From Candidatus Limnocylindrales bacterium (GTDB lineage Bacteria; Chloroflexota; Limnocylindria; Limnocylindrales; CSP1-4): DNA of 64,000 nt. The position numbers and the translations under genes were made by a program. The stretch covers positions 35,321 to 99,320 of the forward strand of contig JBEKKR010000006.1 of assembly GCA_050010635.1 (NCBI GenBank). The letters are read 5' to 3'. Below are positions 9,405 to 19,273 of the stretch, in pieces (position 1 is the first letter of the stretch; each line of letters begins with the position of its first letter). The notes below the pieces were generated by a model, which saw only the letters and a list, made by a program, of their open reading frames with translations, searched no databases and had not been told where the DNA came from.

Positions 9405-10953
9405 TCGACGTAACCTCCGCTACCTGTCCGGTGGCCGCGAACATGACCGTCTCCTCGGAGGCCTCCGCTCGCGGTATCTCGGCCGCGATACGGCCTTCGT
9501 GGAGAACGAGGATCCGGTCGCTCATGGCGAGGACCTCCGGAAGCTCGCTCGAGATGAGGACGATCCCGAGCCCGGAGGCCGCCAGGTCGGAGATGATTCG
9601 GTGGACCTCCACCTTCGCGCCGATGTCGACGCCACGGGTCGGCTCGTCGAGGATGAGCACCCGCGGATTGGTGGCCAGCCATTTCGCGATGACGACCTTC
9701 TGCTGATTGCCTCCCGAGAGCGCCTCGATGAGCTCGGCGGCGCCGGTCGAGCGGATCCGCAACCGCTCGATGTAGCCGTTGGCCAGCCCACGTTCACGAC
9801 TGCTGTGCAGGAACAGGCGCGGGAAGAGTCGCGGCAGGATCGGCAGGGTCACGTTCTCGGCGATCGAGAAACCCTCGACCAGGCCGTCCAGGTGCCGATC
9901 CTCGGGGACGTAGGCGAGGCCGGCTCCCAGCGCCGCCGAAGCGGTCGCGAAGCGGACACGCTTGCCATCGAGCAGCACCTCGCCGGCATCGGCGCGATCG
10001 AGCCCGAACAGGACGCGAGCAACCTCGGTACGACCCGCGCCGACGAGACCGGCGAGGCCTACGATCTCGCCCGACCTAACGGAGAACGAGATGTCGCGGA
10101 AGGAGCCCGCTCGAGTCAGGTTGCGAACCTCGAGCAGCACGTCGCCGATCTTCGCGGCGCTCCTCGGGAAGAGCGACACGGAGCGGCCGACCATGTGGCG
10201 GACGAGATCGGCGGCGGTGAACTCGGATGTCGGGGCCGTGATGACGTGGCGGCCGTCACGGAGGACGGTCGCGCGGTCGCACAGGTCGAACACCTCCTCC
10301 AGGCGGTGGCTCACGAACAGGACGGCCACGCCGCGCTCGCGGGTCTGGCGAACGATGGCAAAGAGCCGCTCGACCTCGTGCGCGGAGAGGGAGGCCGTCG
10401 GCTCATCGAGGACCAGCACGCGTGCTTCGATCGAAAGCGCCTTGGCGATTTCGATCAGTTGCTGGTCCGCCATCGAGAGACCGCGCACGACCTCTCCGGA
10501 GTCTATGTGGACGCTGAGGCTCTTGAAGATCCGGTCCGCGGCCCGCCGCATCTCTCGCCAGTTGATGCTGCCCAGCCCGCCCGTCGGGGCATGGCCCATG
10601 AAGACGTTCTCGGCGACAGTCAGGTCCGGGAAGAGGCGTGGCTCCTGGTGGACGACGGCGATGCCCTGCGAGCGCGCATGAGCGGGCCCGTGGAGCAGCA
10701 CCGGCTTGCCGTCGAGCACGACCGTGCCCGAATCGGGCTGGTAGATGCCGGCGAGCACCTTGACGACCGTGCTCTTGCCGGCTCCGTTCTCGCCCACGAG
10801 TCCATGGATCTCGCCGGCAGTCAGGTCGAGCGACACGTTCGCAAGCGCCTGCGTGGCCCCGAACCGCTTCGAGACATCCGCCAGGGCAACGGGCGGTATG
10901 CCGCCGGGCTTTGCGGTTCCTTCTGTCGCCGCCACGGGCGCTGGATCAGTCAT
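9394..10953 (-). CDS. sugar ABC transporter ATP-binding protein (duplicated ATPase, RbsA-like)
   Basis: It has two nucleotide-binding domains, with Walker A motifs GENGAGKST and GLVGAGRTE and the signature LSGGNQQKV. Its ATG overlaps the DeoR stop (ATGA). Confidence 0.9.
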   Translation of the reverse strand: MTDPAPVAATEGTAKPGGIPPVALADVSKRFGATQALANVSLDLTAGEIHGLVGENGAGKSTVVKVLAGIYQPDSGTVVLDGKPVLLHGPAHARSQGIAVVHQEPRLFPDLTVAENVFMGHAPTGGLGSINWREMRRAADRIFKSLSVHIDSGEVVRGLSMADQQLIEIAKALSIEARVLVLDEPTASLSAHEVERLFAIVRQTRERGVAVLFVSHRLEEVFDLCDRATVLRDGRHVITAPTSEFTAADLVRHMVGRSVSLFPRSAAKIGDVLLEVRNLTRAGSFRDISFSVRSGEIVGLAGLVGAGRTEVARVLFGLDRADAGEVLLDGKRVRFATASAALGAGLAYVPEDRHLDGLVEGFSIAENVTLPILPRLFPRLFLHSSRERGLANGYIERLRIRSTGAAELIEALSGGNQQKVVIAKWLATNPRVLILDEPTRGVDIGAKVEVHRIISDLAASGLGIVLISSELPEVLAMSDRILVLHEGRIAAEIPRAEASEETVMFAATGQVAEVTSSGE

Positions 10954-11816
10954 GCCGGATTGTCCTTAGCTGTCCGAGAGGATTGCCGCACGGCTCGACG
11001 CTCCGACGTCTTGTCGCCGGCGGGCGCTATGTGCACGGCAATCCGGCGGCGACGTAGTTCGTCGGCGATGTCGGCCGGAGCCCCCGCATCGGTGACGACC
11101 GCGGTTAGCCTGTCGGTGCCGCAGAAAGTCGCGAACGCCGACCTTCCCCATTTCGTGTGGTCTATCAGCGCGACGACTTCGCTCGCTTCGTCGACGATCA
11201 ATCGCTTGATCTGCGCCTCATCGTCCGTCGCGTCACTCAGGCCCGTCTCGATGGTGTAGCCGGCGGCGCCCATGAATGCCTTCTGGATGTTTACGTTCTC
11301 GAGCAGCCCTCTGCCCAGGGGCCCAACCACCGAGAGCGCCTCCCACCGGACGAAGCCGCCGGGCATTGCCACGGTTATGCCTGGGTGGCCGGCCAGCTCG
11401 GAGGCAATACGGAGTCCGTTGGTTATCACCGTGAGATGAACCCAGCCACCCCGCGCCTTCAGGTGTCTGGCCATGGCCAACGCGGTCGTGCTTGCGTCGA
11501 GGGCGATGCTTTCGCCGTCAACCACCAGGGCTGCCGCCGTCGCGCCGATCTGCTCCTTCTCTTCGCGCTGGAGACGCTCGCGGATCTCGAATGCGCGCTC
11601 CGGCCGGCTCCGGCCCGGCGCAAGAGCGCCGCCGTGCGCTCGCACGAGCCGCCCCTCGGTCTCGAGCACCCGAAGATCCTTCCGGATCGTGACAGCGGAG
11701 ACGCCGAACCTCGCCGTGAGGTCGGCGACGAGCGCCCGGCCGTTCTCTTCAACGATCCGAGCGATGTGCTGCTGGCGCTCGCGTGCGAACACCTCCGGGT
11801 GATCGCTCGATTCCAT
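10950..11816 (-). CDS. DeoR-family transcriptional regulator (likely rhamnose regulon repressor)
   Basis: The N-terminal HTH (VSAVTIRKDLRVLETEGRLVRAHGGA) is followed by a DeoR C-terminal sugar-phosphate sensor domain. It is the first gene of the transporter operon and is divergent from rhaI. Confidence 0.85.
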   Translation of the reverse strand: MESSDHPEVFARERQQHIARIVEENGRALVADLTARFGVSAVTIRKDLRVLETEGRLVRAHGGALAPGRSRPERAFEIRERLQREEKEQIGATAAALVVDGESIALDASTTALAMARHLKARGGWVHLTVITNGLRIASELAGHPGITVAMPGGFVRWEALSVVGPLGRGLLENVNIQKAFMGAAGYTIETGLSDATDDEAQIKRLIVDEASEVVALIDHTKWGRSAFATFCGTDRLTAVVTDAGAPADIADELRRRRIAVHIAPAGDKTSERRAVRQSSRTAKDNPA

Positions 11817-11873
11817 CTAGACGCCGACTCTCCTCCGGGAAAAGGCCCGCTCTGTCCGCTTTGGGCGACGCGA

Positions 11874-11911
11874 ACGATTGCGGATTCCGACAGTAGTTGA
11901 GAAGCAATCGA
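11874..11911. promoter_or_regulatory. candidate operator/promoter core of the divergent regulator / rhaI intergenic region
   Basis: An imperfect inverted repeat, ACGATTGC-N22-GCAATCGA, lies inside an unusually AT-rich core (about 11870-11950) of the 224-bp intergenic region. Repeated ATCGAAC/ATCGGAAC elements are nearby. Confidence 0.3.
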
Positions 11912-12040
11912 ACTGTCAACAAGGAGATTGAAACAAATCGGAACCTGTGGCAAGCTGCTGGCTATAGCCGCGCAAGGCCGCCGGAGGACTCGGTCGCCCG
12001 GGGCCCGCCCGACCCAGGAGCCTTCGCCAGCCAGACAGGG

Positions 12041-13231
12041 ATGGAGCCGACCGTGACCTCAACCACTGCACCTAGTGGCTCGGCAGGAGCCGCTCTTCGA
12101 AACCAGAGGATCGAGCTCCCGTCGTGGGCATTCGGCAACTCAGGGACCCGGTTTAAGGTGTTCGCGCAGAAGGGAGTCCCGAGAACCGCCTACGAGAAGA
12201 TCGATGATGCCGCGCAGGTGCATCGCTTCACGGGCGTCGCACCGACCGTCGCGCTGCACATTCCGTGGGATCGCGTCGACGACTTCGGTGATCTGGCCGG
12301 GCACGCGGCCGAGCGCGGACTCGCGCTTGGAACCATCAACTCGAACACCTTCCAGGATGACGACTACATGCTCGGCAGCGTCTGCCACCCGGACGCTCGC
12401 GTCCGCCGAAAGGCCGTCGACCATCTTCTAGAGTGCGTCGACGTCATGGACCAGACCGGCTCGCGCGACCTCAAACTGTGGTTCGCGGACGGCACCAACT
12501 ACCCGGGGCAGGATGACATTCGGGCTCGCCAGGACCGGCTGGCAGAGTCGTTGGCGCAGGTGTACAAGCGGCTCGGCCCTGACCAGCGAATGGTCCTCGA
12601 GTACAAGCTCTTCGAGCCAGCCTTCTACCATACCGACGTTCCGGATTGGGGCACGTCGTTCGCTCATTGCGTTGCCCTCGGACCCAAGGCGAAAGTGGTC
12701 GTCGACACGGGCCACCATGCGCCGGGCACGAACATCGAGTTCATCGTCGCCTCGCTCCTCCGCGCGGACAAGCTCGGCGGCTTCGACTTCAACTCGCGCT
12801 TCTACGCGGACGACGACCTCATGGTCGGCGCCGCCGATCCCTTCCAGTTGTTCCGGATAATGCACGAGGTGGTGAAGGCGGGCGCGCTCCGACCGGAGTC
12901 GGGCGTTGCCTTCATGCTCGATCAGTGCCACAACCTCGAGCCGAAGATCCCGGGCCAGATCCGGAGCGTCATGAACGTCCAGGAGGCGACCGCGAAGGCG
13001 CTGCTAGTCGACCAGAAGGCGCTCGAGACGGCGCAGAAGACCGGCGATGTCCTGGGAGCGCACGCGGTGTTGATGGACGCTTACGAGACCGATGTCCGCC
13101 CGCTGCTGAAGCAGGTGCGTGTCGAGATGGGCCTCGACCCCGACCCCATGGCCGCCTTTGCCCGTTCCGGCTACGCGGAGCGAGTCGCGGCAGAGCGGGT
13201 CGGCGGGCAGCAGGCCGGATGGGGTGCATGA
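12041..13231 (+). CDS. rhaI: L-rhamnose isomerase (xylose-isomerase-like TIM-barrel type)
   Basis: ELPSWAFGNSGTRFKVF and DTGHH motifs match the actinobacterial/P. stutzeri-type isomerase. I trimmed the start to ATG 12041 (MEPTVTS). The track's TTG 11897 lies inside the AT-rich promoter region. Confidence 0.8.
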   Translation: MEPTVTSTTAPSGSAGAALRNQRIELPSWAFGNSGTRFKVFAQKGVPRTAYEKIDDAAQVHRFTGVAPTVALHIPWDRVDDFGDLAGHAAERGLALGTINSNTFQDDDYMLGSVCHPDARVRRKAVDHLLECVDVMDQTGSRDLKLWFADGTNYPGQDDIRARQDRLAESLAQVYKRLGPDQRMVLEYKLFEPAFYHTDVPDWGTSFAHCVALGPKAKVVVDTGHHAPGTNIEFIVASLLRADKLGGFDFNSRFYADDDLMVGAADPFQLFRIMHEVVKAGALRPESGVAFMLDQCHNLEPKIPGQIRSVMNVQEATAKALLVDQKALETAQKTGDVLGAHAVLMDAYETDVRPLLKQVRVEMGLDPDPMAAFARSGYAERVAAERVGGQQAGWGA

Positions 13232-13304
13232 GAATCGAGACGGGACTTCGCATATCGAGGCAAGCTCGGAGCCTCGTTGCGGAACCGGCGGCGCCGTTGC
13301 CACG

Positions 13305-14747
13305 GTGACGGGCAACGTCGCCGCCGTCGATCTCGGCGCGTCCTCTGGACGCGTCATGGTCGGCCGCGTCGGCTCGCGCACGCTGGAGCTCGAAGAGACT
13401 TACCGCTTTCCCAACGATCCCGTGGTGCTGCCCGACGGCCTTCACTGGGACGTCCTGCGGCTGTATCACGAGATCACCGAAGGCTTGCGCCGCGCGGCGA
13501 GGCTGGCACCCGGGCTCTCGAGCGTCGCGATAGACGGTTGGGGTGTTGACTACGGCCTGATCGATCCGGCGGGCCGGCTGCTTGGCAACCCCTACCACTA
13601 CCGTGACGCACGTACTGCCGCCGGGACGGAACGGGTCCACGCCCTGGTGTCGCGAGAGCGCCTGTACGCGAAGACCGGGACGCAGTTCATGCCCATCAAC
13701 ACCGTCTACCAGCTCGCGGCCGCCCTGGGGACGGCAGAGCTCGAAGCGGCGAACGCCCTTCTTCTCATCCCCGACTTGATCGGATACTGGCTGGCAGGCG
13801 GCATCCACGCCGAGGCGACGAACGTTTCGACTACCGGTCTCTTCGATCCGGTCGCCGTTTCGTGGGCTCTGGACCTCGTCCACGAGCTCGGCCTGCCTGC
13901 GGCGATCCTGCCCGACCTCGTCCACGCCGGTGACCCGCTCGGCACGATCAGGCCGGAGGTGGCAGCCGAGACGGGACTTCCGGCAACGACGGCGCTCACC
14001 GCCGTGGGGTCCCACGACACGGCGTCCGCCGTTGTAGGGGTGCCGGCGGACGACGAGCGGTTCGCGTACATCTCGTGCGGGACCTGGTCGCTTGTCGGCG
14101 TAGAGCTTGCCGCGCCGATCCTGGGAGAGGCCAGCCGGCAGGCCAACTTCACGAACGAGCTGGGGGTGGACGGCCGAATCAGGTACCTGCGGAACGTGAT
14201 GGGTCTGTGGCTGCTCCAGGAATCGGTGCGGGCCTGGGAACGGGATGGCGATCGGGTGGACTTCGCGGCGCTCCTCGCGGCGGCTGCAGAGCTGCCCTCC
14301 GGCGGCAGTTTGATCGACGTCGGCGAGCCCGGGTTCATGCCGCCCGGCGACATGCCGGCCCGGATCGCCGCCCGCTGCCGCGCGACCGATCAGCCCGTCC
14401 CGGCTTCGCGGCCGGCGCTCATGCGGTGCATCCTCGACAGTCTGGCGGCAGCGTTCGCACTGGCGATCGCCGATTCACGCCGGCTCTCCGGGCTCGACAT
14501 CGGAGTCATTCACATCGTGGGAGGCGGCAGCCGGAATGACCTTCTGTGTCAGCTCACCGCAGACGCCTGCGGCATTCCAGTGGTTGCGGGTCCCGTCGAA
14601 GCAACGGCACTGGGCAACGTCCTGGTGCAGGCCCGAGCACTCGGATTGATCCGAGGCGACCTCGCAACCTTGCGATCGGTCGTCCGAGCGACGCAGCCTC
14701 TTCGCCGGTTCGAGCCGTCGGCCCACGCCCCGACGCCGGTGGCCTGA
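13305..14747 (+). CDS. rhaB: rhamnulokinase (FGGY carbohydrate kinase)
   Basis: AAVDLGASSGRV N-terminal ATPase motif, GTWSLVG and GGGSRNDLLCQLTADA are present. The start is placed at GTG 13305 so that it clears rhaI. The track start at 13119 overlaps rhaI. Confidence 0.8.
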   Translation: MTGNVAAVDLGASSGRVMVGRVGSRTLELEETYRFPNDPVVLPDGLHWDVLRLYHEITEGLRRAARLAPGLSSVAIDGWGVDYGLIDPAGRLLGNPYHYRDARTAAGTERVHALVSRERLYAKTGTQFMPINTVYQLAAALGTAELEAANALLLIPDLIGYWLAGGIHAEATNVSTTGLFDPVAVSWALDLVHELGLPAAILPDLVHAGDPLGTIRPEVAAETGLPATTALTAVGSHDTASAVVGVPADDERFAYISCGTWSLVGVELAAPILGEASRQANFTNELGVDGRIRYLRNVMGLWLLQESVRAWERDGDRVDFAALLAAAAELPSGGSLIDVGEPGFMPPGDMPARIAARCRATDQPVPASRPALMRCILDSLAAAFALAIADSRRLSGLDIGVIHIVGGGSRNDLLCQLTADACGIPVVAGPVEATALGNVLVQARALGLIRGDLATLRSVVRATQPLRRFEPSAHAPTPVA

Positions 14748-14827
14748 TCCGAGTCGGGCGGTGACCCGAGCGCCTCCAGCCGATTTCACGGCAGAGTTCC
14801 TGCGAGGCTGCGGCGACCGCACCAGCC

Positions 14828-14856
14828 TTGACAGCCGGCTGCGGGAACCCTAGCAT
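14828..14856 (+). promoter_or_regulatory. sigma70-type promoter candidate for the ino1 operon
   Basis: TTGACA (14828-14833), a 17-nt spacer, then TAGCAT (14851-14856). It lies about 120 nt upstream of the ino1 start. Confidence 0.5.
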
Positions 14857-14861
14857 CAACA

Positions 14862-14879
14862 AGCCTTTATATAAAGGCT
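14862..14879. promoter_or_regulatory. perfect 18-bp palindrome, candidate operator
   Basis: AGCCTTTATATAAAGGCT is its own reverse complement. It starts 5 nt after the -10 hexamer, so it would cover the expected transcription start. Confidence 0.45.
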
Positions 14880-14974
14880 CATTGTTATGGAAGATGCCGG
14901 TCACAACGGAAGCCAGCCATGATGGCCGTCAGCCGCCTTCGTACGCAGCTTCGCAAAGAGGAGCAAGGAGCACA

Positions 14975-16231
14975 GTGAGCGACAAGTTGAGCAGCGACGC
15001 CGCGAACGCGAGCCACGCAAGCGTGGCTGCGGCGCCCGTCAGCGGCAACGGCCGAGCGCCCGAGAAGGGCAAGAAGATCCGGGTCGCCATCGTCGGCGTG
15101 GGCAACTGCGCCAGCAGCCTCATCCAGGGCCGCTACTACTACGAGAACGCGTCCGAGACCGACTTCGTCCCGGGTCTCATGCACGTCAACCTGGGCGGCT
15201 ACCACGTCCGCGACATCGAGTTCGTGGCCGCCTTCGACATCGACAAGAACAAGGTCGGCAAGGACCTGTCCGAGGCGATCTACGAGAAGCCCAACAACAC
15301 GATCGTGTTCCAGAAGGTCCCGCACATGGGCGTCAAGGTCGAGCGCGGCATGACCCACGACGGCCTGGGCAAGTATCTCTCCCAGATCATCGAGAAGGCC
15401 CCCGGGCCCACCGCCGACGTGGCCGGGATCATGCGCGATCGCAAGGTCGACGTCATGATCAACTACCTCCCGGTCGGCTCGGAAGAGGCGACCAAGTGGT
15501 ACGTGGAGCAGGCCCTCGCCGCCGGCGTCGGCGTCGTGAACTGCATCCCGGTCTTCATCGCCCGCGAGCCCTACTGGCAGCGCCGCTTCGCCGAGAAGGG
15601 CCTGCCGATCATCGGCGACGACATCAAGAGCCAGGTCGGGGCCACGATCAGCCATCGGGTCCTGACCCGCCTCTTCATGGACCGCGGCGTCCGCGTCGAC
15701 CGCACCTACCAGCTCAACTTCGGGGGCAACACCGACTTCCTCAACATGCTCGAGCGCGAACGATTGGAGTCCAAGAAGATCTCCAAGACCAACGCGGTCA
15801 CGAGCATGCTCGACTACGACATCGACCCCGACAACATCCACGTCGGCCCGTCGGACCACGTGCCCTGGCTTCTGGATCGCAAGTACTGCTACATCGTCAT
15901 GGAGGGCACGACCTTCGGTGACGTGCCGCTCAAGTGCGAGATGAAGCTCGAGGTCTGGGACAGCCCCAACAGCGCCGGCGTCGTCATCGACGCGCTGCGC
16001 TGCCTCAAGCTCGGTCTCGATCGCGGTCTCAAGGGCGCCCTCGTGGCACCCTCGGCGTACTTCAAGAAGAGCCCGCCCATCCAGATGCCCGACGACATCG
16101 CCTACAACCGCGTTCAGGCCTTCATCCGGGGCGAGGACAACGAAGCCCTCAACGGCACGGAGACGTTGCCCAAGAAGGTCAAGAAGAATGCCCCGGCTCG
16201 CGGCGGCAGGGCGGCCGTCGAGGCAAAGTGA
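14975..16231 (+). CDS. ino1: myo-inositol-1-phosphate synthase
   Basis: [22 protein letters not shown]-binding motif and overall MIPS collinearity. The start is set at GTG 14975, 4 nt after AAGGAG (14965-14970). The track start at 14828 is the -35 hexamer itself. Confidence 0.85.
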   Translation: MSDKLSSDAANASHASVAAAPVSGNGRAPEKGKKIRVAIVGVGNCASSLIQGRYYYENASETDFVPGLMHVNLGGYHVRDIEFVAAFDIDKNKVGKDLSEAIYEKPNNTIVFQKVPHMGVKVERGMTHDGLGKYLSQIIEKAPGPTADVAGIMRDRKVDVMINYLPVGSEEATKWYVEQALAAGVGVVNCIPVFIAREPYWQRRFAEKGLPIIGDDIKSQVGATISHRVLTRLFMDRGVRVDRTYQLNFGGNTDFLNMLERERLESKKISKTNAVTSMLDYDIDPDNIHVGPSDHVPWLLDRKYCYIVMEGTTFGDVPLKCEMKLEVWDSPNSAGVVIDALRCLKLGLDRGLKGALVAPSAYFKKSPPIQMPDDIAYNRVQAFIRGEDNEALNGTETLPKKVKKNAPARGGRAAVEAK

Positions 16232-17382
16232 CTCAGGAACCTCTCAGCGTCGGTTCCGAATCGGTGAGCGGCGTCGGTCAAACCGGCGCCGCCCCGACCG
16301 CGGCCGGCACGTCCAAGAAGAACGGGGCGCCAGACGAGCCCACGAAGAAGTTTGTGGCGCCTCACCGCATGGAGAAGGAGACCTTCGGGGCTCACCTCGG
16401 CGGTCTCATCGCCGTGAGTTTCTGGCGCACGTCTTCGTGGATCGTCGGCCATCTCCCGGCCGGACCGACGTACCGGATCGGCGGCTGGCTGGCCATGATC
16501 GGCTACGCCACCAGCCCGCTCCGACGCCGCTGGCTGCGGGCCAATTTCGGCCACGTCCTGGGCGTTCCGCCCAACGACAGGGCCGCCCACCGCATGGCTC
16601 GGGCGGCGTATCACAACTACTCGCGCTACATCATGGAGCTGATGCGGCTGCCCTGGCTCCAGCCCGAGCAGGTCGATCAGCTGCTCGAGGTCCACAGCCT
16701 CGACAAGTTCCTCGAGATCTACGAGGCCTCCGATGGCGTCGTTCTCGTGGCCGCTCATCTCGGCAACAACGAGGCGGCGGCGGCCGGCTTCGCCAAGCAC
16801 GGCCTCGAGATCAACGTCGTCGGCGACGACAGCTCCTACCGCGAGCTGTACGAGCTGTTCGAGCGGCAACGGGAGAGCTGGGGCGTGAAGATGATCGCCT
16901 GGCGCAACCTGCGCGGCATCTTCGGTGCGTTGCGACGCCACGAGGGCCTGGTTCTCCTGGTCGACTGGGGCTACCGAGAGGACGGTATCCCGGTCAAGCT
17001 GTTCGGCTCGTGGACGACTCTCCCCGCCGGTCCGGCCACTCTCGCCGCGAAGCATGGCTCGGCGATCGTCCCATTCTCCATCAACCGGCAGCCGGACGGA
17101 ACCTTCCGGGCGGCGGCCGACGATCCGATCCTCGTCCCGTCCGACTCGCCCTCGGACCTGGCCATCGCCACGCAGAAGATCGCTACCGCCCTGGAGGGCC
17201 ACATCGCCCCCGCCCCGGAGCAGTGGTACAACTTCAAGCCGATCTGGCCGGCCACGGCCGAGGAGGCAGCCCGGCTCGAGGCCCGGCACCGGGCGGCCAT
17301 GGCGAACGACGCCAAAGGCGCGGCCCCGAACGGTCACGGCACGAACGGCGGTGCGGCTCCGACCCAGCCATCGGTGAAATGA
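16228..17382 (+). CDS. lysophospholipid/lipid A-type acyltransferase (LpxL/HtrB/PatA family)
   Basis: AHLGNNE (H-x4-E catalytic motif) is present, with an N-terminal hydrophobic anchor. GTG 16228 overlaps the ino1 stop (GTGA). The N-terminal extent is uncertain, since the internal MEKETFG is also a possible start. Confidence 0.7.
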   Translation: MTQEPLSVGSESVSGVGQTGAAPTAAGTSKKNGAPDEPTKKFVAPHRMEKETFGAHLGGLIAVSFWRTSSWIVGHLPAGPTYRIGGWLAMIGYATSPLRRRWLRANFGHVLGVPPNDRAAHRMARAAYHNYSRYIMELMRLPWLQPEQVDQLLEVHSLDKFLEIYEASDGVVLVAAHLGNNEAAAAGFAKHGLEINVVGDDSSYRELYELFERQRESWGVKMIAWRNLRGIFGALRRHEGLVLLVDWGYREDGIPVKLFGSWTTLPAGPATLAAKHGSAIVPFSINRQPDGTFRAAADDPILVPSDSPSDLAIATQKIATALEGHIAPAPEQWYNFKPIWPATAEEAARLEARHRAAMANDAKGAAPNGHGTNGGAAPTQPSVK

Positions 17383-18395
17383 CCGGCCGGGCCGCCTCTG
17401 CCACCGCCGGTCGCCCAGCTCCTCGCCGTGGCCTGCGCCGCAGGATCGTCGAGGAGTTGACGGCTTTCGCCGCAATCGGCGGAATGAAGCTGCTTCTCCA
17501 CCTCCCCGAGCGTGTGGCTTGGCCGCTCGCCGGCCTGGCCGGACGGATCTCCTACCGCGCCTCGGCGAAACGGCGCGACCGCGCCCGCCGCAACCTTCGA
17601 CGCGTGGTCGATTGGATGGCGGCCAACGGCCGAGGCGATGACCGATACCGCCGCGCCGCGACGGATCCGGCGGCCCTGGAGGAGCTCGTCCGGGATGCCT
17701 TCCGCCACCACGCCTGTTACAACGTCGAACTGGCCCGAGCCCCCAGCTGCGACGCTCGCTGGATCAGCGAGCGTCTGATCGTCGAGACTCCAGAGAGTGT
17801 CGCAGAGTGCCTGACCGAACGGCGGGCAATGATTCTGATCGGCATGCATTTCGGCGCGATAGAGATGCCGGGCATCCTGGCGGTCCAGGGAGTCGGCCCG
17901 CTGGTCACGCCGATGGAGTTCGTGGCCAACCCACGTATCGAGCGCTACATCTACTCGACCCGGGCCGCGGTCGGGACCAGGATCGTCAGCCTGAAGGACG
18001 CCCCGGCACAGCTTATCTCCGCTCTCCGCCAGAACGAGCCGGTTGGGCTGGTGGCCGATCGCGACATCACCGGCGGCGGCGTCGAGGTGGAGTTGTTCGG
18101 CGCCACGACGAGAATCCCGGCCGGACCGGCGATCCTGGCCGTCGAATCGGGCGCACCCGTGTGCATCGGAGCCGTGCGGCGGACCGCGCCGGGTCGCTAT
18201 CGTGGCAAGCTGTTGGCGCTGGCGGTACCCAAAGGCGCGAGCAGGCGTGAGCGGAGCAGGGCGATGCTGCGCGAAGAAGCGAGGGTTTTCGAACAGTTGA
18301 TCAGCGACGCGCCGGAGCAGTGGCTGGCCGTGTTCCACTCGATCTGGCCCGACCTGGACGGGCCGGAGATGAGCCATAGCGGAGGCGACGCGTGA
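17379..18395 (+). CDS. second LpxL/HtrB/PatA-family acyltransferase
   Basis: MHFGAIE (H-x4-E motif) is present and it is a paralogue of the upstream gene. ATG 17379 overlaps the upstream stop (ATGA). Confidence 0.7.
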   Translation: MTGRAASATAGRPAPRRGLRRRIVEELTAFAAIGGMKLLLHLPERVAWPLAGLAGRISYRASAKRRDRARRNLRRVVDWMAANGRGDDRYRRAATDPAALEELVRDAFRHHACYNVELARAPSCDARWISERLIVETPESVAECLTERRAMILIGMHFGAIEMPGILAVQGVGPLVTPMEFVANPRIERYIYSTRAAVGTRIVSLKDAPAQLISALRQNEPVGLVADRDITGGGVEVELFGATTRIPAGPAILAVESGAPVCIGAVRRTAPGRYRGKLLALAVPKGASRRERSRAMLREEARVFEQLISDAPEQWLAVFHSIWPDLDGPEMSHSGGDA

Positions 18396-19273
18396 CCGAC
18401 GGCAAGACGCAGCGGCTCGGCCAGGCGGACATGCACATCCATTCGATCGCCTCGGATGGAACGGCCTCGGCCGCCGAGATCCTGGAATACGCCGAAAGCC
18501 GCACCGATCTCGATGTCATCGCCATCGCCGACCACGAGCGCATCGAAGCCGCGGTCGAGTGCCGGCGCCTAGCCCACGAGCGCGGCAGCCGGGTCGAGGT
18601 CGTCGTGGCGGAGGAAGTCACGACCCGCAGCGGTCACCTGCTCGGCGTCTTCCTCCAGGCCCGCCTGAAGCGCGGCCAACGCCTCGAGACTACGGTCGCC
18701 GAGATCCACGAGCAGGGCGGTCTGGCCATCGTGCCGCACCCCTTCTCGGCATTCACGAAGGGCATGCGCAAGCACGCCATCATGCGAGTCCATCTCTCGA
18801 CCGATCCGCTCGTCTACTGGGACGCGCTTGAGGCCTATAACCCCTCGACGGCGGGGCGCTACGGCCGGACCGCGACCCTCCGGTTGGCCGCCGAGATCGG
18901 CCTGACGCTCGTCGGCAACAGCGACGGCCACACCCTCGACACCATCGGCGACGGCCGCACGTACTTCCCCGGTTCGACGGCGGAGGACTACCGGCGTGCG
19001 ATCCTCGAAGGGACGACGAGCGGTGGCTGCGTGGACTGGGGCTTCGTCCGGGAAGCCTTCATATACACCCGCCAGGTCCGCAAGCAGGCTAGAGACGTGA
19101 CGCGCTGGGGACGGCGCAACCTCCTGCGGGACGACCTGCCGCGTGACCTGGGTGTCCCCCACGAACAGCTGGCCCTGCAGCGGGAGCGCGAAGAGGAGTA
19201 CTTCTCCCGCCGAGGAGGCACCCACCAGGCGGCCAGGTTGGAGAACCTCGAAGCCGAGGAGCCGTCCGCGTGA
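18392..19273 (+). CDS. PHP-domain metal-dependent phosphoesterase
   Basis: ADMHIHSIASDGT and VIAIADHE are PHP motifs. The GTG start overlaps the upstream stop (GTGA). Confidence 0.75.
   Translation: MTDGKTQRLGQADMHIHSIASDGTASAAEILEYAESRTDLDVIAIADHERIEAAVECRRLAHERGSRVEVVVAEEVTTRSGHLLGVFLQARLKRGQRLETTVAEIHEQGGLAIVPHPFSAFTKGMRKHAIMRVHLSTDPLVYWDALEAYNPSTAGRYGRTATLRLAAEIGLTLVGNSDGHTLDTIGDGRTYFPGSTAEDYRRAILEGTTSGGCVDWGFVREAFIYTRQVRKQARDVTRWGRRNLLRDDLPRDLGVPHEQLALQREREEEYFSRRGGTHQAARLENLEAEEPSA

Noticed and set aside
9106-11259. 717-aa plus-strand ORF covering the sugar ABC ATPase and DeoR genes
   Set aside because: It is antisense to two genes with unmistakable motifs. Its translation is Arg/Asp/Gly-rich with no recognisable domain. 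It is a typical stop-poor shadow frame in GC-rich DNA.
15934-17378. Long N-terminal extensions of track ORFs 15934-17382 and 16188-18395 that overlap ino1 and the first acyltransferase
   Set aside because: The extensions are low-complexity Arg-rich sequence in alternative frames of well-supported genes. The GTGA and ATGA junction starts were used instead.
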